A stretch of 63,846 nt of DNA, filler included, from Octopus bimaculoides (lineage: Eukaryota): assembly GCF_001194135.2 (NCBI RefSeq). It is 6 parts of 4 records of this genome, joined end to end, with 100 filler letters (N's around TTAATTAATTAA, not from the genome) between each part and the next. Parts side by side here need not be neighbours in the genome. Positions count along the whole stretch, not along the records: positions 61,537 to 63,846 come from NC_068999.1; 5 more parts are not named here. The stretch is one strand, 5' to 3'. How positions within the stretch are numbered: the stretch's first letter is position 1; every line of letters begins with the position of its first letter. The notes under the pieces were generated by a model. It saw nothing but the letters and a program-made list of their open reading frames with translations, ran no database searches and was not told the origin of the DNA. Shown in pieces: positions 63,792 to 63,846 of this stretch. The position numbers were made by a program, and so were the translations under genes.

Positions 63792-63846
<55 letters not shown>

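Overview
Eukaryotic, AT-rich, microsatellite-saturated draft-assembly window. About 10 kb is N gaps, and five gaps are 100-bp artificial joins carrying a TTAATTAATTAA six-frame-stop linker. Composition and repeat families look like an octopod cephalopod (inference). The one well-supported gene segment is a giant, apparently intronless plus-strand ORF (17713-24259, broken only by N gaps). It encodes about 100 copies of a 17-aa Ser/Arg/Glu/Gln repeat (51 bp; consensus S[T/I]PSSM[R/T]D[Q/E]RSQISGRE; 153-bp higher-order repeat at the 5' end), then a Ser/Lys/Asn linker and an unrecognised ~105-aa C-terminal domain, with signs of purifying selection. The rest is mostly transposon debris: tRNA-derived SINEs (my labels A-C), an RTE-like 3' repeat (label D), R4/Dong, RTE, CR1, L1/Tx1 and Penelope-like fragments, Tc1/mariner and hAT relics and MITEs. 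Unexplained structures are a diverged 44-bp array with an internal inversion (27.5-28.9 kb), three consecutive fold-back palindromes (45.7-46.3 kb), tail-to-tail retroposon hairpins and an interstitial (TTAGGG)n. Almost all other ORF-track entries are microsatellite or N artefacts. All family assignments come from motif recognition by eye, not database searches.
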